A model generated the notes under the pieces. The model was not told where the DNA came from. It made no database searches and worked only from the letters and a program-made list of their open reading frames with translations. A stretch of DNA of 64,000 nucleotides. Origin: an uncultured Bdellovibrionales bacterium (GTDB lineage Bacteria > Patescibacteriota > Minisyncoccia > Moranbacterales > UBA1568). Below are positions 29,663 through 40,416 of this stretch, piece after piece. A program made the translations under genes and the position numbers. Numbering within the stretch: the first letter of the stretch is position 1; the number at the start of each line of letters is the position of its first letter. The stretch lies in NCBI GenBank assembly GCA_964543815.1, contig CAZIZG010000004.1:5438-69437 (forward strand). Direction: 5' to 3'.

Positions 29663-30208
29663 TTATTTTTTGACGATAAAGGCATAATGAAATCCGCCTA
29701 CGCTCAACTCACGATCAACCGTAAAGCCAGCAGTTCTGACAAGTGACTGAAGCTCAGTCTTGCTGACCCGTAGACTTTTTTCTGGGCCAACCAAGGCCTC
29801 CTCTGGACTCCATTCCATAATAAGTGCTGACCCACCCGGCTTCAACACTCTCCCTACTTCGCGAACGATAACATCTCGTTTCTGGTTTTGAAAAAGCATA
29901 TCTTTGAGAATAACCCAATCCACACTTCCATTGCCCAATCCTGATCCCTGTTCACGCTCCAGATTAACCCGTTTCGGGATAACATTAGTCATGCCGGCTG
30001 TTTTAGCATGACTTGCAACCGCCTCAAGTGCTGATGGCAAAACATCCAGAGCATACACCACGCCATCGCCACCTACTCGCCGAGCGCACTCAAAAGAAAA
30101 GTACCCAGAACCACAACCAAAATCAGCTACGGCATTACCAGGCAAAATACTGAGCTGACTCACGACAGCACCCGGATCAACAAAATTCAAATTTTGTACA
30201 GCACTCAT
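29663..30208 (-). CDS. Class I SAM-dependent methyltransferase
   Basis: VADFGCGSGYFS motif I. 181 aa. Confidence 0.8.
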   Translation of the reverse strand: MSAVQNLNFVDPGAVVSQLSILPGNAVADFGCGSGYFSFECARRVGGDGVVYALDVLPSALEAVASHAKTAGMTNVIPKRVNLEREQGSGLGNGSVDWVILKDMLFQNQKRDVIVREVGRVLKPGGSALIMEWSPEEALVGPEKSLRVSKTELQSLVRTAGFTVDRELSVGGFHYAFIVKK

Positions 30209-30296
30209 AGTGAAAAAGAAACTCTAAAAGTACTTCTAGTATACAATGAATGAAAAGAAAACTGAAGCATAATTTAATCAAACCAACACCACCATA

Positions 30297-31400
30297 TTAA
30301 TAGATACCTGGTAAAAATCGATACTTGACTCTCTTCATGTATGCCTGATATTCCAAATCTGTCGAAAGATGACGCTCCTCAGTCAGAGCACGGATATAAT
30401 AGATACCGCTCCACGCCATCAAACTAAGAATAGGTGCCAAGCCCAGAAGAAGATTATCGAATGGGATTATCCAAATAACTCCAATTTTTTGAGGTACTAA
30501 GTAAGTCAAAGAAGACAGGACCGCTGGCATACCCATAATCCACCAGGTCAGGTTCTTGCTTACGTAGGCTGGATGACGAACAACAGCATATACGCCACTG
30601 GAAACAACGCCTCGATTGGTCAAATTCGAAGCCTTCCAACCAAGAGCATAACTGGCAGAAACATAGAAGCCCATCAAAATGAGAGCCATCCCACCGGTCA
30701 GTAGATTCAAAGTGACATTCCCAAAATCACTGAAGTCACTACTATGCCAACCAAGAATAAGCTGGGTAATATCGTTGAACGGAGGATAACAGAGCAGAGC
30801 AGATAGCCATCCAAGGGCGGTAGCATCAACTGATCGTACTCGGTTACCAAGAGCATCCGACTCAACAATGTAACCCACAAAAAAATATCCCGTATCAACA
30901 AGCAATAACAAGCTCAGAAGAAAGGGGTAAAGGATTCCCAACAAAAATGAGGCCGTAAAAACTTCTCCGGAGAGCAAACTCGGCCAAAATGAGAAGACAT
31001 GCAGAGAGTTCTGCAGTAAAAACTTCAACATGATTGGTGTAAAGAAGAACTTGACGAAGAAGAGGAGGAGTGATGTGTGCTCTACTGACGTTAAATCCGG
31101 CTTAAGTGTTCCGGAAGCAAGGCTCTTGAAAATCTTAGTAAAGGCCACCAGTGTCACATAGGCTCGACTACGATAGAGAGCGCCCGGTGGTATTTTCACG
31201 ATGAGTAGTACCAACGTGAAGTATAAAAGAATGAAAATGAGGATTCCCAGCGGTGACAATCCATACGGCAATTGAATATCGAGGAGCGTTCGATAATACG
31301 GGAGTAAGGCGTAAGCCCCAATTGGCAAGCCATACAGAATCAAATACGCCCCAACCAAGAGGATTTTCTCTTCATAGATATGGATACGTAAAAATTTCAT
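30297..31400 (-). CDS. Membrane protein with a C-terminal ICMT/PEMT-family methyltransferase domain and an N-terminal multi-TM extension
   Basis: C-terminal RHPAYVSKNL...EERHLSTDLEYQAYMKRVKYRFLPGIY. N-terminal ~200 aa has 5-6 TMs. Confidence 0.55.
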   Translation of the reverse strand: MKFLRIHIYEEKILLVGAYLILYGLPIGAYALLPYYRTLLDIQLPYGLSPLGILIFILLYFTLVLLIVKIPPGALYRSRAYVTLVAFTKIFKSLASGTLKPDLTSVEHTSLLLFFVKFFFTPIMLKFLLQNSLHVFSFWPSLLSGEVFTASFLLGILYPFLLSLLLLVDTGYFFVGYIVESDALGNRVRSVDATALGWLSALLCYPPFNDITQLILGWHSSDFSDFGNVTLNLLTGGMALILMGFYVSASYALGWKASNLTNRGVVSSGVYAVVRHPAYVSKNLTWWIMGMPAVLSSLTYLVPQKIGVIWIIPFDNLLLGLAPILSLMAWSGIYYIRALTEERHLSTDLEYQAYMKRVKYRFLPGIY

Positions 31401-31500
31401 GTTGCGTGGTTAGATGATAGAAATTAAGTCATTTACTTAGCTTCAAACCTTGATTCAAGTGCCTTTTTCCTGTACAACAGAACAGTGTAGCATACTCTAC

Positions 31501-31589
31501 GGAAAGGTGGCCGAGTGGTTGAAGGCACCGCTCTCGAAAAGCGGCATACCCGAAAGGGTATCGAGAGTTCGAATCTCTCCCTTTCCGCA
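31501..31589 (+). tRNA. tRNA-Ser (anticodon CGA), class II with a long variable arm
   Basis: Acceptor GGAAAGG/CCTTTCC. Anticodon loop CTCGAAA. T-arm GAGAG-TTCGAAT-CTCTC. Followed by a terminator hairpin. Confidence 0.85.
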
Positions 31590-31641
31590 ACTAAAAAACA
31601 GAGTCGCGAGGCTCTGTTTTTATTCTAAAGATACATTGTTC

Positions 31642-32286
31642 TTAGCGACCAGGATAGGAAGTTGGCACCATACCCTTTACCTGATCCATCATTTTTTTAC
31701 TTTGTTCCATCATGGCACATTGATCCACAAACGTAATGTCCTTTGGTACCGCAAAGATAAGCGACATATCAGTCTCTACTGGCTCACATTTCACATTCTG
31801 TGCCTGATTCAGTGTTTGCTGATAATCTTCGGGTCGAGCTTCTCCCACGGGACTCTTCTCGGAAAATTCTGACTTTAGTCTCTCAAGACAGCCTTGGCTC
31901 ATCTTCATACCCTGAGTGCTTCCGCTCGTCCAAACATACTGCGTTTCACCATCAAAGAGAGCTTCTGTTTTTACGCTACTCACCATCGCCTCAGTCTTAA
32001 ATTTTTTCCCCGAAACGTACACGGTGGCATTCGTTCCTTCCTGCCCTGAAGAAGCACTATAGGTACACTGTAATGGACTGCCAAAACTCATGGCGTCCTT
32101 TAAAGAGGCAATCATCGACGGTTTCGCAGCATCGGGAGCGACATCGGTCACGGTATCAGTATTCATATCCGTCTTCACTTGGGACACTGCCAGATTCTCA
32201 TTCATATTTTTTCCAACGAACAAAAACCACACTCCCCCACCAACGAGTATAATCACTCCCAGGATAAGTATTGCTTTCATAGTCAA
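31642..32286 (-). CDS. Hypothetical secreted/membrane-anchored protein
   Basis: N-terminal TM, 214 aa, no recognisable domain. Confidence 0.4.
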   Translation of the reverse strand: MTMKAILILGVIILVGGGVWFLFVGKNMNENLAVSQVKTDMNTDTVTDVAPDAAKPSMIASLKDAMSFGSPLQCTYSASSGQEGTNATVYVSGKKFKTEAMVSSVKTEALFDGETQYVWTSGSTQGMKMSQGCLERLKSEFSEKSPVGEARPEDYQQTLNQAQNVKCEPVETDMSLIFAVPKDITFVDQCAMMEQSKKMMDQVKGMVPTSYPGR

Positions 32287-32426
32287 ACTATTTTACCAAT
32301 AACACCCGTAGCATAGCACCTTCCCTTGTATTTCTGAAGTCCGCATCTGTCAACTTTCCCCGAGCGAAACATATCAAAAATCCCTTTACAACAAGCCAAA
32401 AACGTGATACCGTAGCGAACAAAGCC

Positions 32427-32960
32427 TTGAGCCTCATCCTCATGTTTGGTTTTTTCCCAGAGCTCTCAATCTCAACCCTCCAAATAATGATTTTTTGTCT
32501 TATTGGAGCCATAATCTCTATTGGCGGACTCGTCGTCTTCCAGCTCTGGCGTCTCAGGAAAATCGAACATGCCTTAAAAATCTTTCTCTCGGGAAAAACC
32601 GGCAGAGATTTGGAACGCGTCCTCCTTGATCAAAGAGAGGAAGTAAAAGCACTTGATCAGGAAATTCAAGAATTGTTCGAAATTTCAAATCGCCTTAGAG
32701 AGCTTTGTCTCAAAAGTCTTCACAAGATAAGCATCGTCCGTTTTAACCCGTTCAAAGAAGTCGGTGGGAACCAGAGTTTCAGTGTCGTCCTCCTGGATGG
32801 TAAGAATTCCGGCATCATCCTTTCATCACTCCATACACGAGAGGGCACTCGAATTTATGCCAAACCCGTGCTCCATGGAGAGGCTGACGGGTTTCCTTTT
32901 ACTGAAGAGGAAAAACAGACTATCACTCAAGCCCTCAACGGCAAAAGCGGTGGCCGCTAA
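32427..32960 (+). CDS. Hypothetical protein with an N-terminal TM
   Basis: 177 aa, no recognisable domain. Confidence 0.4.
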   Translation: MSLILMFGFFPELSISTLQIMIFCLIGAIISIGGLVVFQLWRLRKIEHALKIFLSGKTGRDLERVLLDQREEVKALDQEIQELFEISNRLRELCLKSLHKISIVRFNPFKEVGGNQSFSVVLLDGKNSGIILSSLHTREGTRIYAKPVLHGEADGFPFTEEEKQTITQALNGKSGGR

Positions 32961-32995
32961 TCTCATCGACATAATACGCATCATCATACAACATC

Positions 32996-34768
32996 ATGAC
33001 TACCGAAACCCCTTCTCAAAAAATAAACCTCCCAACGTCAGTCACCGTCAAAAAACTGGCTGAATTATTACACGTTCCCGTTGCCTCGGTCATTACAGAG
33101 CTCATGAAAAATGGCATTTTAGCCACCATTAATGAGGAAATCGATTTTGATACCGCGAGTGTTATCGCTTCAGATTTGGGTATCGAGACAGCACTCGCCG
33201 AGGAGGAAATTCTCGAAGGACAGCTCACCCTGGAGGGACTAGACAAAATCCTTGCTGAGGAAAAAAACTCGGGAAAAAATCTTTCGCCGCGAGCCCCCAT
33301 CGTAACCATCCTTGGTCATGTCGACCATGGAAAAACGACTCTCCTCGATACCATTCGCAAGGCCAGTGTAGCTGCTGGCGAAGCCGGAGGAATCACGCAG
33401 CATATTAGCGCTTACCAGGCGAAGAAACACAAGGAAATTATTACCTTTATTGACACACCTGGTCATGAGGCCTTCTCTGCCATGAGAAAGCGTGGTCTTT
33501 CCATAGCTGATATTGCTATTTTGGTCGTAGCGGCTGATGACGGCGTCCGACCACAAACAAAGGAAGTAATCGAATACCTGAAGGAGCACAAGCTCCCTGT
33601 TATTGTTGCTATCAACAAAATTGACAAACCAGAGGCCAAACCTGAGCGCGTGAAGCAAGAACTGGCCGAACATGGCATTCTTTTTGAGGAATGGGGTGGA
33701 GATACCATGTGTACAGAAATTAGCGCCAAAAGCAACATTAATATCGATAAGCTCCTGGATAACATCCTGCTTTTGGCTGAAGTGGAAGACTTTCGAGCAG
33801 ACCAGAAACGGGATGGTTTTGCCGTCATTCTGGAATCACACCTCGATCCGCAGAAAGGTCCGGTAGCAACTGCTCTAGTACGTACCGGGACGCTCAAGGT
33901 TGGACAAGATGTAGTAGCCGGTAGCGCTTTTGGTCGCATTCGACGCATTGAAGACTGGGGTGGTAAGAGCCTGACACAGGCCGGACCATCCATGCCAGCC
34001 ACCATCTACGGCTTTAACACCACCCCGCATACCAATGATGTCGTTCAAGTGGTCGGTGGGAAAAGCGTTGCTCGCTTGCGCTCCAAGGAAGCCCTGCTTA
34101 AAGATAGTGGCAAGAACAAGAATAATAAAATCCAGAGTGAGGACGAAAAAGAAATGAAAAGACTGCCCATCGTTCTCAAAGCTGATGTCCAGGGCTCACT
34201 TGAGGCCATTGAACAAATTCTTTCAACCATTGAGTCCCCTGAGGTTATACTTGAAATTGTTGACTCTGGTGTGGGAAGCATTACTGAATCAGATGTTCGA
34301 ACTGCTGAAAACTCCGGGGCGCTCCTCGTGGGTTTCAACAGTGACCCAACCTCTGTTGCCAAACGCCTAGCAGAAACCAGCAAAGTTGAGATTGTTACCT
34401 ATAACATCATTTATAAGTTGGTAGACTCCCTCAAGGAACGCTTAACTGCCCTCCTTCCTCCTGAAACTGTTCGTACTGACTCCGGCCGGCTTTCGGTTTT
34501 GGCTATTTTTAAAACCGGAAAACACGATATGATTGTCGGAGGTCGCGTCTCCGAAGGTAAACTCCTCCGAGGCTCACTCATTGAAATCAAACGCGGCGAC
34601 GAAATTGTCGGGCAGGGAAAAATGCAAAATCTCCAACAAAACAAACAAAATGCCGACGAAGTCGGACAAGGTAACGAGTGTGGGGTTGTTTTTGAAGGTC
34701 AAACAAAAATCCAAGTTGGTGATACCCTCATCTGCTACAAGGAAGAGCTGAAAAAGCGCGTTCTGTAA
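32996..34768 (+). CDS. infB: Translation initiation factor IF-2 (short form)
   Basis: [27 protein letters not shown]. 590 aa. Confidence 0.95.
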   Translation: MTTETPSQKINLPTSVTVKKLAELLHVPVASVITELMKNGILATINEEIDFDTASVIASDLGIETALAEEEILEGQLTLEGLDKILAEEKNSGKNLSPRAPIVTILGHVDHGKTTLLDTIRKASVAAGEAGGITQHISAYQAKKHKEIITFIDTPGHEAFSAMRKRGLSIADIAILVVAADDGVRPQTKEVIEYLKEHKLPVIVAINKIDKPEAKPERVKQELAEHGILFEEWGGDTMCTEISAKSNINIDKLLDNILLLAEVEDFRADQKRDGFAVILESHLDPQKGPVATALVRTGTLKVGQDVVAGSAFGRIRRIEDWGGKSLTQAGPSMPATIYGFNTTPHTNDVVQVVGGKSVARLRSKEALLKDSGKNKNNKIQSEDEKEMKRLPIVLKADVQGSLEAIEQILSTIESPEVILEIVDSGVGSITESDVRTAENSGALLVGFNSDPTSVAKRLAETSKVEIVTYNIIYKLVDSLKERLTALLPPETVRTDSGRLSVLAIFKTGKHDMIVGGRVSEGKLLRGSLIEIKRGDEIVGQGKMQNLQQNKQNADEVGQGNECGVVFEGQTKIQVGDTLICYKEELKKRVL

Positions 34769-34796
34769 CACCCTTCCGGGCCACCATTGATTTTTC

Positions 34797-36317
34797 TTGT
34801 TTTTTCAACGTATCGCCATGCATGCCAAGATTCCACTGCCTGTTTTGAACATACTCGAAACCTTGCAAAAGGCTGATTTTGAAGCATACATTGTTGGCGG
34901 ATGCGTCCGAGACCTTATCCTCAATCGTTCACCCAAAGATTGGGATATCACCACAAATGCCGTACCGGAGGCTATTTTAAAGCTTTTTCCTGATAGCTTT
35001 TATGAAAATGAATTTGGTACCGTCGGGGTCAAGGTACCACGTTTTCTCAAAGCTACCTCTCTCGAATACGATACCGACGTTATTGAAGTAACAACCTATC
35101 GGACTGAATCTGACTATAATGATAAACGTCATCCCCAGACAATTCGTTTCAGCACTTCGCTTCATGAAGATTTAGCCCGTCGTGACTTTACGATGAACGC
35201 CCTAGCCTATGGCAAGGACAGAAGTGGTCAATGGACACTCGTTGACCTCTTTGAGGGTCAAAAACATATCACGGAAAAAGTTATCTGCGCCGTAGGTAAT
35301 CCAGCCGAGCGTTTCCGAGAAGATGCTCTGCGCCTCATGCGGGCCGTGCGCTTCCAAGCAGAACTCCGACAACCGGAATCAAACATCCTCAAATACGATT
35401 GGCACATCGATTCAGCTAGCTTTGAAGCCATCCAGTTATTGGCTGATAATATCAAGCATGTTTCACAGGAACGAATTCGCGATGAATTTTCAAGGATACT
35501 CCTCTCAGCTAGTCCAGCCCACGGCATACAAACACTTCATGACACCGGACTGCTGCGAACAATTATGCCAGAACTCGAACTCGGAATTGGTGTAACGCAA
35601 AACCTACACCATATCTACACTGTCTGGGAGCACAATCTTCGTGCTCTTGCCACCTGTCCATCAGAAAAACTCTCGGTTCGTCTGGCCTGCCTTCTTCATG
35701 ACATAGGAAAACCACATACCAAGCGGGGTGAAGGGTACCACGCAACTTTTTACAACCACGATCATGTGGGTGCTCGTCTCACTCGAGATATTCTCACTCG
35801 CCTGCGCTATCCAAAAGAAATCGTGACCCACGCTACTCTACTCGTTGATAATCATCTCTTCTATTACAACGTCGGTGAAGTAACAGAAGCATCGGTTCGC
35901 CGTCTTATTAAACGGGTCGGGCTTGAAAACATGGACGACTTGATGGCTGTGCGAATTGGTGATAGACTGGGCTCCGGCGTACCTAAAGGTAAACCTTATA
36001 AGCTTCGGCATCTGGAATACATGATTGAAAAAGTTTCCCGAGATCCGATTTCTGTCAAAATGCTGGCCATACGGGGCGATGATTTAATGAAGGAACTCAG
36101 CCTCCCCGCCTCACCAAAAATTGGTGCGCTTCTCGAAGTTCTTCTTGGCTTCGTAATTGATGATCCCAAAGAAAATACTCGCGAATCACTCATAAAAAAA
36201 GCCGAAGCACTGGCACATCATGACCTGGGGCAACTGAGGAAACTAGCATCTGAAAAGATTGCTGAGTCTCGACAAGAAGCCGACGCTGCCATAAAAAAAC
36301 GATACTGGGTAGAGTAA
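34797..36317 (+). CDS. cca: CCA-adding tRNA nucleotidyltransferase with an HD domain
   Basis: GGCVRDLIL polymerase-beta head. HD motif LLHDIGK. Confidence 0.85.
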   Translation: MFFQRIAMHAKIPLPVLNILETLQKADFEAYIVGGCVRDLILNRSPKDWDITTNAVPEAILKLFPDSFYENEFGTVGVKVPRFLKATSLEYDTDVIEVTTYRTESDYNDKRHPQTIRFSTSLHEDLARRDFTMNALAYGKDRSGQWTLVDLFEGQKHITEKVICAVGNPAERFREDALRLMRAVRFQAELRQPESNILKYDWHIDSASFEAIQLLADNIKHVSQERIRDEFSRILLSASPAHGIQTLHDTGLLRTIMPELELGIGVTQNLHHIYTVWEHNLRALATCPSEKLSVRLACLLHDIGKPHTKRGEGYHATFYNHDHVGARLTRDILTRLRYPKEIVTHATLLVDNHLFYYNVGEVTEASVRRLIKRVGLENMDDLMAVRIGDRLGSGVPKGKPYKLRHLEYMIEKVSRDPISVKMLAIRGDDLMKELSLPASPKIGALLEVLLGFVIDDPKENTRESLIKKAEALAHHDLGQLRKLASEKIAESRQEADAAIKKRYWVE

Positions 36318-36328
36318 AGAGTGGCTTT

Positions 36329-36401
36329 CGGAGTGTGGTATAGTGGCATTACGTGCGCTTCGGGTGCGTATAACCCGGGTTCGATTCCCGGCACTCCGAC
36401 A
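36329..36401 (+). tRNA. tRNA-Pro (anticodon CGG)
   Basis: Acceptor CGGAGTG/CACTCCG. U8, A14, GG18-19. Anticodon loop TTCGGGT. T-arm CCGGG-TTCGATT-CCCGG. Confidence 0.8.
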
Positions 36402-36712
36402 TGAAAATTCATATTGAGGCTATTTCCGAGAATCCTGTTTCGCTCCTCCGCAGAGCTGGGTATGTATTTCAACACCAGGAGGGAGGCGAGATGAGTTTTG
36501 TGCGTGTTTTTGGACAATCAGGCTATCCACGCTTCCACTGCTACACACGATTGGAAGGGTTATCACTGAGCATTAATCTCCACCTTGATCAAAAAAAGCA
36601 CACTTACGGTGATCATACTCGCCATCATGGCGAGTATGAGGATAGTAGTCCAGTCAAAGAAGAAAGAGACCGACTTATTCGATGTTTCGGCAACCAAGCA
36701 AGAAAAGTATAG
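36401..36712 (+). CDS. Small hypothetical ORF sandwiched between tRNA-Pro and tRNA-Leu
   Basis: 103 aa, His-rich, no recognisable domain. The ATG overlaps the tRNA 3' end, so it may be spurious. Confidence 0.3.
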   Translation: MKIHIEAISENPVSLLRRAGYVFQHQEGGEMSFVRVFGQSGYPRFHCYTRLEGLSLSINLHLDQKKHTYGDHTRHHGEYEDSSPVKEERDRLIRCFGNQARKV

Positions 36713-36722
36713 CTAAAAAAGC

Positions 36723-36807
36723 GCTGTGGTGGTGGAATGGTAGACACACTAGCCTTAGGAGCTAGCGGGGGCAACCCCATGAGAGTTCGAGTCTCTCCCA
36801 CAGCACC
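36723..36807 (+). tRNA. tRNA-Leu (anticodon TAG), class II
   Basis: Acceptor GCTGTGG/CCACAGC. Anticodon loop CTTAGGA. Long variable arm. T-arm GAGAG-TTCGAGT-CTCTC. Terminator at 36819-36858. Confidence 0.85.
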
Positions 36808-36862
36808 TATTCATACTAAAACACCTTCTGATGTATTCAGAAGGTGTTTTTATTCTCATTCA

Positions 36863-39748
36863 CTAGTCATTCCGACGCCGAAAACTGCCCGGTAGAGTTG
36901 CCTGCTCTGGCAACAAGACAAAAAGAATATTAGCTGTAAACAGAATGAGGATAACGGCCAATACTATCCGGAAAGAAAACATAACAGAAGCGGGGATATA
37001 GGAGGCGATAGCAGCCAGGTATTTCTTCATTCCTGGCAGTGTTCCTTGGGCAAATCCAGATTCTTTCAACTCTACTTGGATAGTGGCTGAAAAGTGAATT
37101 TCCGGAGAATCCAACTGGGAAATACTCCATATGTCACTGAGGGCTTTCCGGGTCTCTTGTGGTTGCGATACCGACGCCTGGAGGGCAATATTATAGACAT
37201 CCGGAGCTGTCTTGAGTGCTGAAAAAGAAATAGCTCCGCCGGGAACGCTTCCTGATTCAGCTACGATAGAGCCATCAACTGTCCATTGTCGTACTGATGC
37301 GTCTTTAAGGAAATCAGGCATGAACGCGCTCTGAAAAGAAAAGGTTTCACCGGAATACCCTTGAAAAACGGTATCGCTATATTCTGGACATACTCCCTGT
37401 GGACAATTCGTTGGATCAGCTCCACCGATATCCTTATATTGTCCCAGAAGCTTAGCCCACGCATTAGCATCACGTGACTTTATTGAAAGCTCTGGCTTCA
37501 CCACATGAAAACTCCGGGACAGCGTAACAATCTTATCTGACTTTGTAGCCGACGATAAATCATTCGCCGTAAGCGTCACTGTATAGGTATCTCCCACATC
37601 CCCGGTCACCGGAAAGAAATTGACTCCGTTTGGCTTATCATCCTCACAGTCAGGCGAAACAGCGGCCTTAGTACAAGTAAGTGGCTTTCCATTTATCGTC
37701 CACTTGAAATCACTCAGTCCCGTCGGATCAACAGAAAGACCAATAATCTCATTCTTAATCACCCGACAAGAAGACTTATCGAGATTATTCGGATCAGTTG
37801 GATCAGTAGCGTTACCCTGACAAATCTTCCCCGTTGGCGACTTATCATAAATAACCCGCATGAGGGATCCTACCGGTACTGCCTGTACTTTATAAGCAGT
37901 AATCTTCTGTTTGGTAGAAGTAAATTTCACAATGACATCACTCTTCCCTTTACGGACAACTCCCGAAGAAAAGCTCTCAGTAGCCGAGGCTGTAAATTTC
38001 ATGTACCCTACTCCTCCTGTGAGATAGCTCGAAAGCTGCTTACCGCCAAAGGTTTTAGTCGGATCGTTTGGCATATCCAGCTTTACTCGCAGTGTATCAA
38101 GCGCAATCCCCTTCGTTCCACCCACCAGATTTTTTGATTTCAAATCGCTCGTAACGCTCTTGGCGATAAGCGACCCACCGTCATCAATAAATTGAGGATT
38201 ATTACTGAGTTTCACATCCCAATCAAACAGGATATCACTCAAGCTACGTGAGGCATTAGAGAGACTGGCTTGAGCGGCGATAGTATCACCTGATTCATCC
38301 GTTGATTCATCGTTATTCGGATTATCAGGCGTAGCCGAAACACTCACATCCAAATTTGTTGCCTGCCCACCCTGAGTCGGATCAACCAGATTACGCTCGA
38401 TACATTTATTAAGATCCATCTGAGCAGTCAGGATATTCACATCATATCCCTTGATCTTTTTCGTTACGGCACCAGTGCTCTTAGCGAGCGAAATTGGACA
38501 GTCATTTTTAGAAAACGCCCACATAATCATCGACGATGAATCATCATACTTGGTATTAATCATGGAGGTTCCCTCAATAACCACTCCCACCTGATCGCCA
38601 ACGCCGTAGTTCCAGGTCAGATTATTCTGTCCCAATCCGACGACATTGGCTTCATCTTTATTGCCATTATCAGCCGTGTCAGGATCCTTGGGATTCGTAC
38701 CCCACTTTTCTTCTTCACCCTGATTAAAAGTTCCGTCACCCGTTGTAAATCCGGATGCATTCGGAAAAAGATGCCGACACGCCAGCGTCTGAGTGGAAGC
38801 CCCAGAGCACACGGTCAGTGCTGTACCACACGTGGTATTACTGGTTGGATCTGCCAAGCAACGCGGCTCTCCAACGTAACATTTTGGACCAGTGGAAGAA
38901 CACGTAGGAAGACCAGACACACGACAAACCGTTGAGTTTACAAAATCAAAAGGAGCGGTTGAAGTGGTAGTGCTGGTTTCAGTAGAATCACCAGTTACCG
39001 GATCAGTATTACCTGTAGTAGTGGTGGTGCTCGTCTGATCGTTTGGATCAATCGTCACGTCACCTTCAAGACATACCGGTTCAGTTCCAGAAGGACAAGT
39101 AAAATCTGTGGTATCAGCACTCCCGTCAAGCAACTCATAGTTCTTCCCAGACGCGGGATCGTTGACGTAGCAATGATCCGGAGCGCCTGTTTTATTATCA
39201 CCACCAAAACGCGCTTTATATCCGTCATCATCCGCATCTGTCGCATACGAGACCCCTGTTTTATCAAAACCGTTTTGAGCCAAAATCGTCATGGCCTCAA
39301 TTTTCCAATCTTCAATGGTAATTTTTGAATCATTATCTCGGTCACACAAAGATCGTACTGTAGCACTCGGAGAACTACTCAATCCACACTGGGCATGCTT
39401 GATATACCAGGTGTAGTACAATTGGTTTTCCTTATTGGAAAAATACATAGGAAAAGCTTTGGCTGAAAGTTTTTCCCCAGGCTTTGGATCACTGGGACTA
39501 AAAAAAAGTGTCACCTGAGGTGTTGGCCGCTTGTTATCAGCCACATTGAGACTTTCCCCCTGATTCTGAATACTCCCTGTATCCATATGGTAACGTTTTT
39601 CCATATCAGAAAACATCGACGTGGCCGAAGGAAGCTTAGGGCCACTAAACAGACCAGCACTGACTGGGAGGATATTTCCGACAAAAAGCTGTGTTATTAA
39701 CACGACACTTGAGAAACGAACTATATTTTTTCGAAAAGAAACACTCAT
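36863..39748 (-). CDS. Large secreted protein with a Thr-rich linker and a C-terminal TM anchor; begins the co-directional T4SS-like cluster
   Basis: 961 aa. N-terminal signal peptide, Thr/Ser-rich low-complexity stretch, C-terminal hydrophobic helix. Confidence 0.5.
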   Translation of the reverse strand: MSVSFRKNIVRFSSVVLITQLFVGNILPVSAGLFSGPKLPSATSMFSDMEKRYHMDTGSIQNQGESLNVADNKRPTPQVTLFFSPSDPKPGEKLSAKAFPMYFSNKENQLYYTWYIKHAQCGLSSSPSATVRSLCDRDNDSKITIEDWKIEAMTILAQNGFDKTGVSYATDADDDGYKARFGGDNKTGAPDHCYVNDPASGKNYELLDGSADTTDFTCPSGTEPVCLEGDVTIDPNDQTSTTTTTGNTDPVTGDSTETSTTTSTAPFDFVNSTVCRVSGLPTCSSTGPKCYVGEPRCLADPTSNTTCGTALTVCSGASTQTLACRHLFPNASGFTTGDGTFNQGEEEKWGTNPKDPDTADNGNKDEANVVGLGQNNLTWNYGVGDQVGVVIEGTSMINTKYDDSSSMIMWAFSKNDCPISLAKSTGAVTKKIKGYDVNILTAQMDLNKCIERNLVDPTQGGQATNLDVSVSATPDNPNNDESTDESGDTIAAQASLSNASRSLSDILFDWDVKLSNNPQFIDDGGSLIAKSVTSDLKSKNLVGGTKGIALDTLRVKLDMPNDPTKTFGGKQLSSYLTGGVGYMKFTASATESFSSGVVRKGKSDVIVKFTSTKQKITAYKVQAVPVGSLMRVIYDKSPTGKICQGNATDPTDPNNLDKSSCRVIKNEIIGLSVDPTGLSDFKWTINGKPLTCTKAAVSPDCEDDKPNGVNFFPVTGDVGDTYTVTLTANDLSSATKSDKIVTLSRSFHVVKPELSIKSRDANAWAKLLGQYKDIGGADPTNCPQGVCPEYSDTVFQGYSGETFSFQSAFMPDFLKDASVRQWTVDGSIVAESGSVPGGAISFSALKTAPDVYNIALQASVSQPQETRKALSDIWSISQLDSPEIHFSATIQVELKESGFAQGTLPGMKKYLAAIASYIPASVMFSFRIVLAVILILFTANILFVLLPEQATLPGSFRRRND

Positions 39749-39758
39749 ACAAATAAAA

Positions 39759-40412
39759 TCAATGTAATACGAGACGAAACATATCTATAAGAAAGTAAAA
39801 AAACCAACTCGCCCCCCAAGCGTACCACAACGATCCCGAATAATACACTATGAGACCCGAAAAAAGAGAGAATATGAGAGCGGGCACTCGCTGCCAAGAG
39901 AGATCATCAGCCAAAAAGAGAAGTCCAACGAAAAGGAATGCCTGAATAAAAACAGCAACCAATCCAAAGGAACTTAGCCACAGACGCTGCACGAGTCCTC
40001 GAAAAAAGACTTCATACAACAAAGCCATAAAAGGAACAAGGAGCGCTTCATACAAGAGAAACCACAAAAAATTTGACTGGATGGTATACGAAAGCGTATA
40101 GCCGGTACCAAAACTCGTGTATCGGTCCAGTGCAAAAATGATAGCCAGCGCTACTGATACCGAGATGATACTAAAAAACATGCCAGGAAATATCCTTCCC
40201 GTTTGCCAGCCAATATTTTTTAAAGGTTCCTTCAGTATTATTTTACAATATAACATTGGAACTACCAAGAAGAAGGTAAGACTCACCAAAAAAGTCTGAA
40301 ACACCGGATTCACCTTATCACTTTGACTAAAAAGACCAAGGAAGAGAACCGTAAATACTACCAAGAGTCCGGTAATAAGAAAACGTTTATCAAGCGATAT
40401 TCTCTCATTCAT
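39759..40412 (-). CDS. CPBP-family (CAAX-protease-like) intramembrane protein
   Basis: Multi-TM. LLYEVFFRG resembles the EExxxR motif. Low certainty. Confidence 0.4.
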   Translation of the reverse strand: MNERISLDKRFLITGLLVVFTVLFLGLFSQSDKVNPVFQTFLVSLTFFLVVPMLYCKIILKEPLKNIGWQTGRIFPGMFFSIISVSVALAIIFALDRYTSFGTGYTLSYTIQSNFLWFLLYEALLVPFMALLYEVFFRGLVQRLWLSSFGLVAVFIQAFLFVGLLFLADDLSWQRVPALIFSLFSGLIVYYSGSLWYAWGASWFFYFLIDMFRLVLH

Positions 40413-40416
40413 AGTT

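Noticed and set aside
4456-31625. Similarity of two terminators (AAAAACAGAG...CTCTGTTTT at 4456-4493 and 31590-31620)
   Set aside because: The shared ends are short and typical of intrinsic terminators, and the loop and stem interiors differ. Probably convergent rather than a repeat family.
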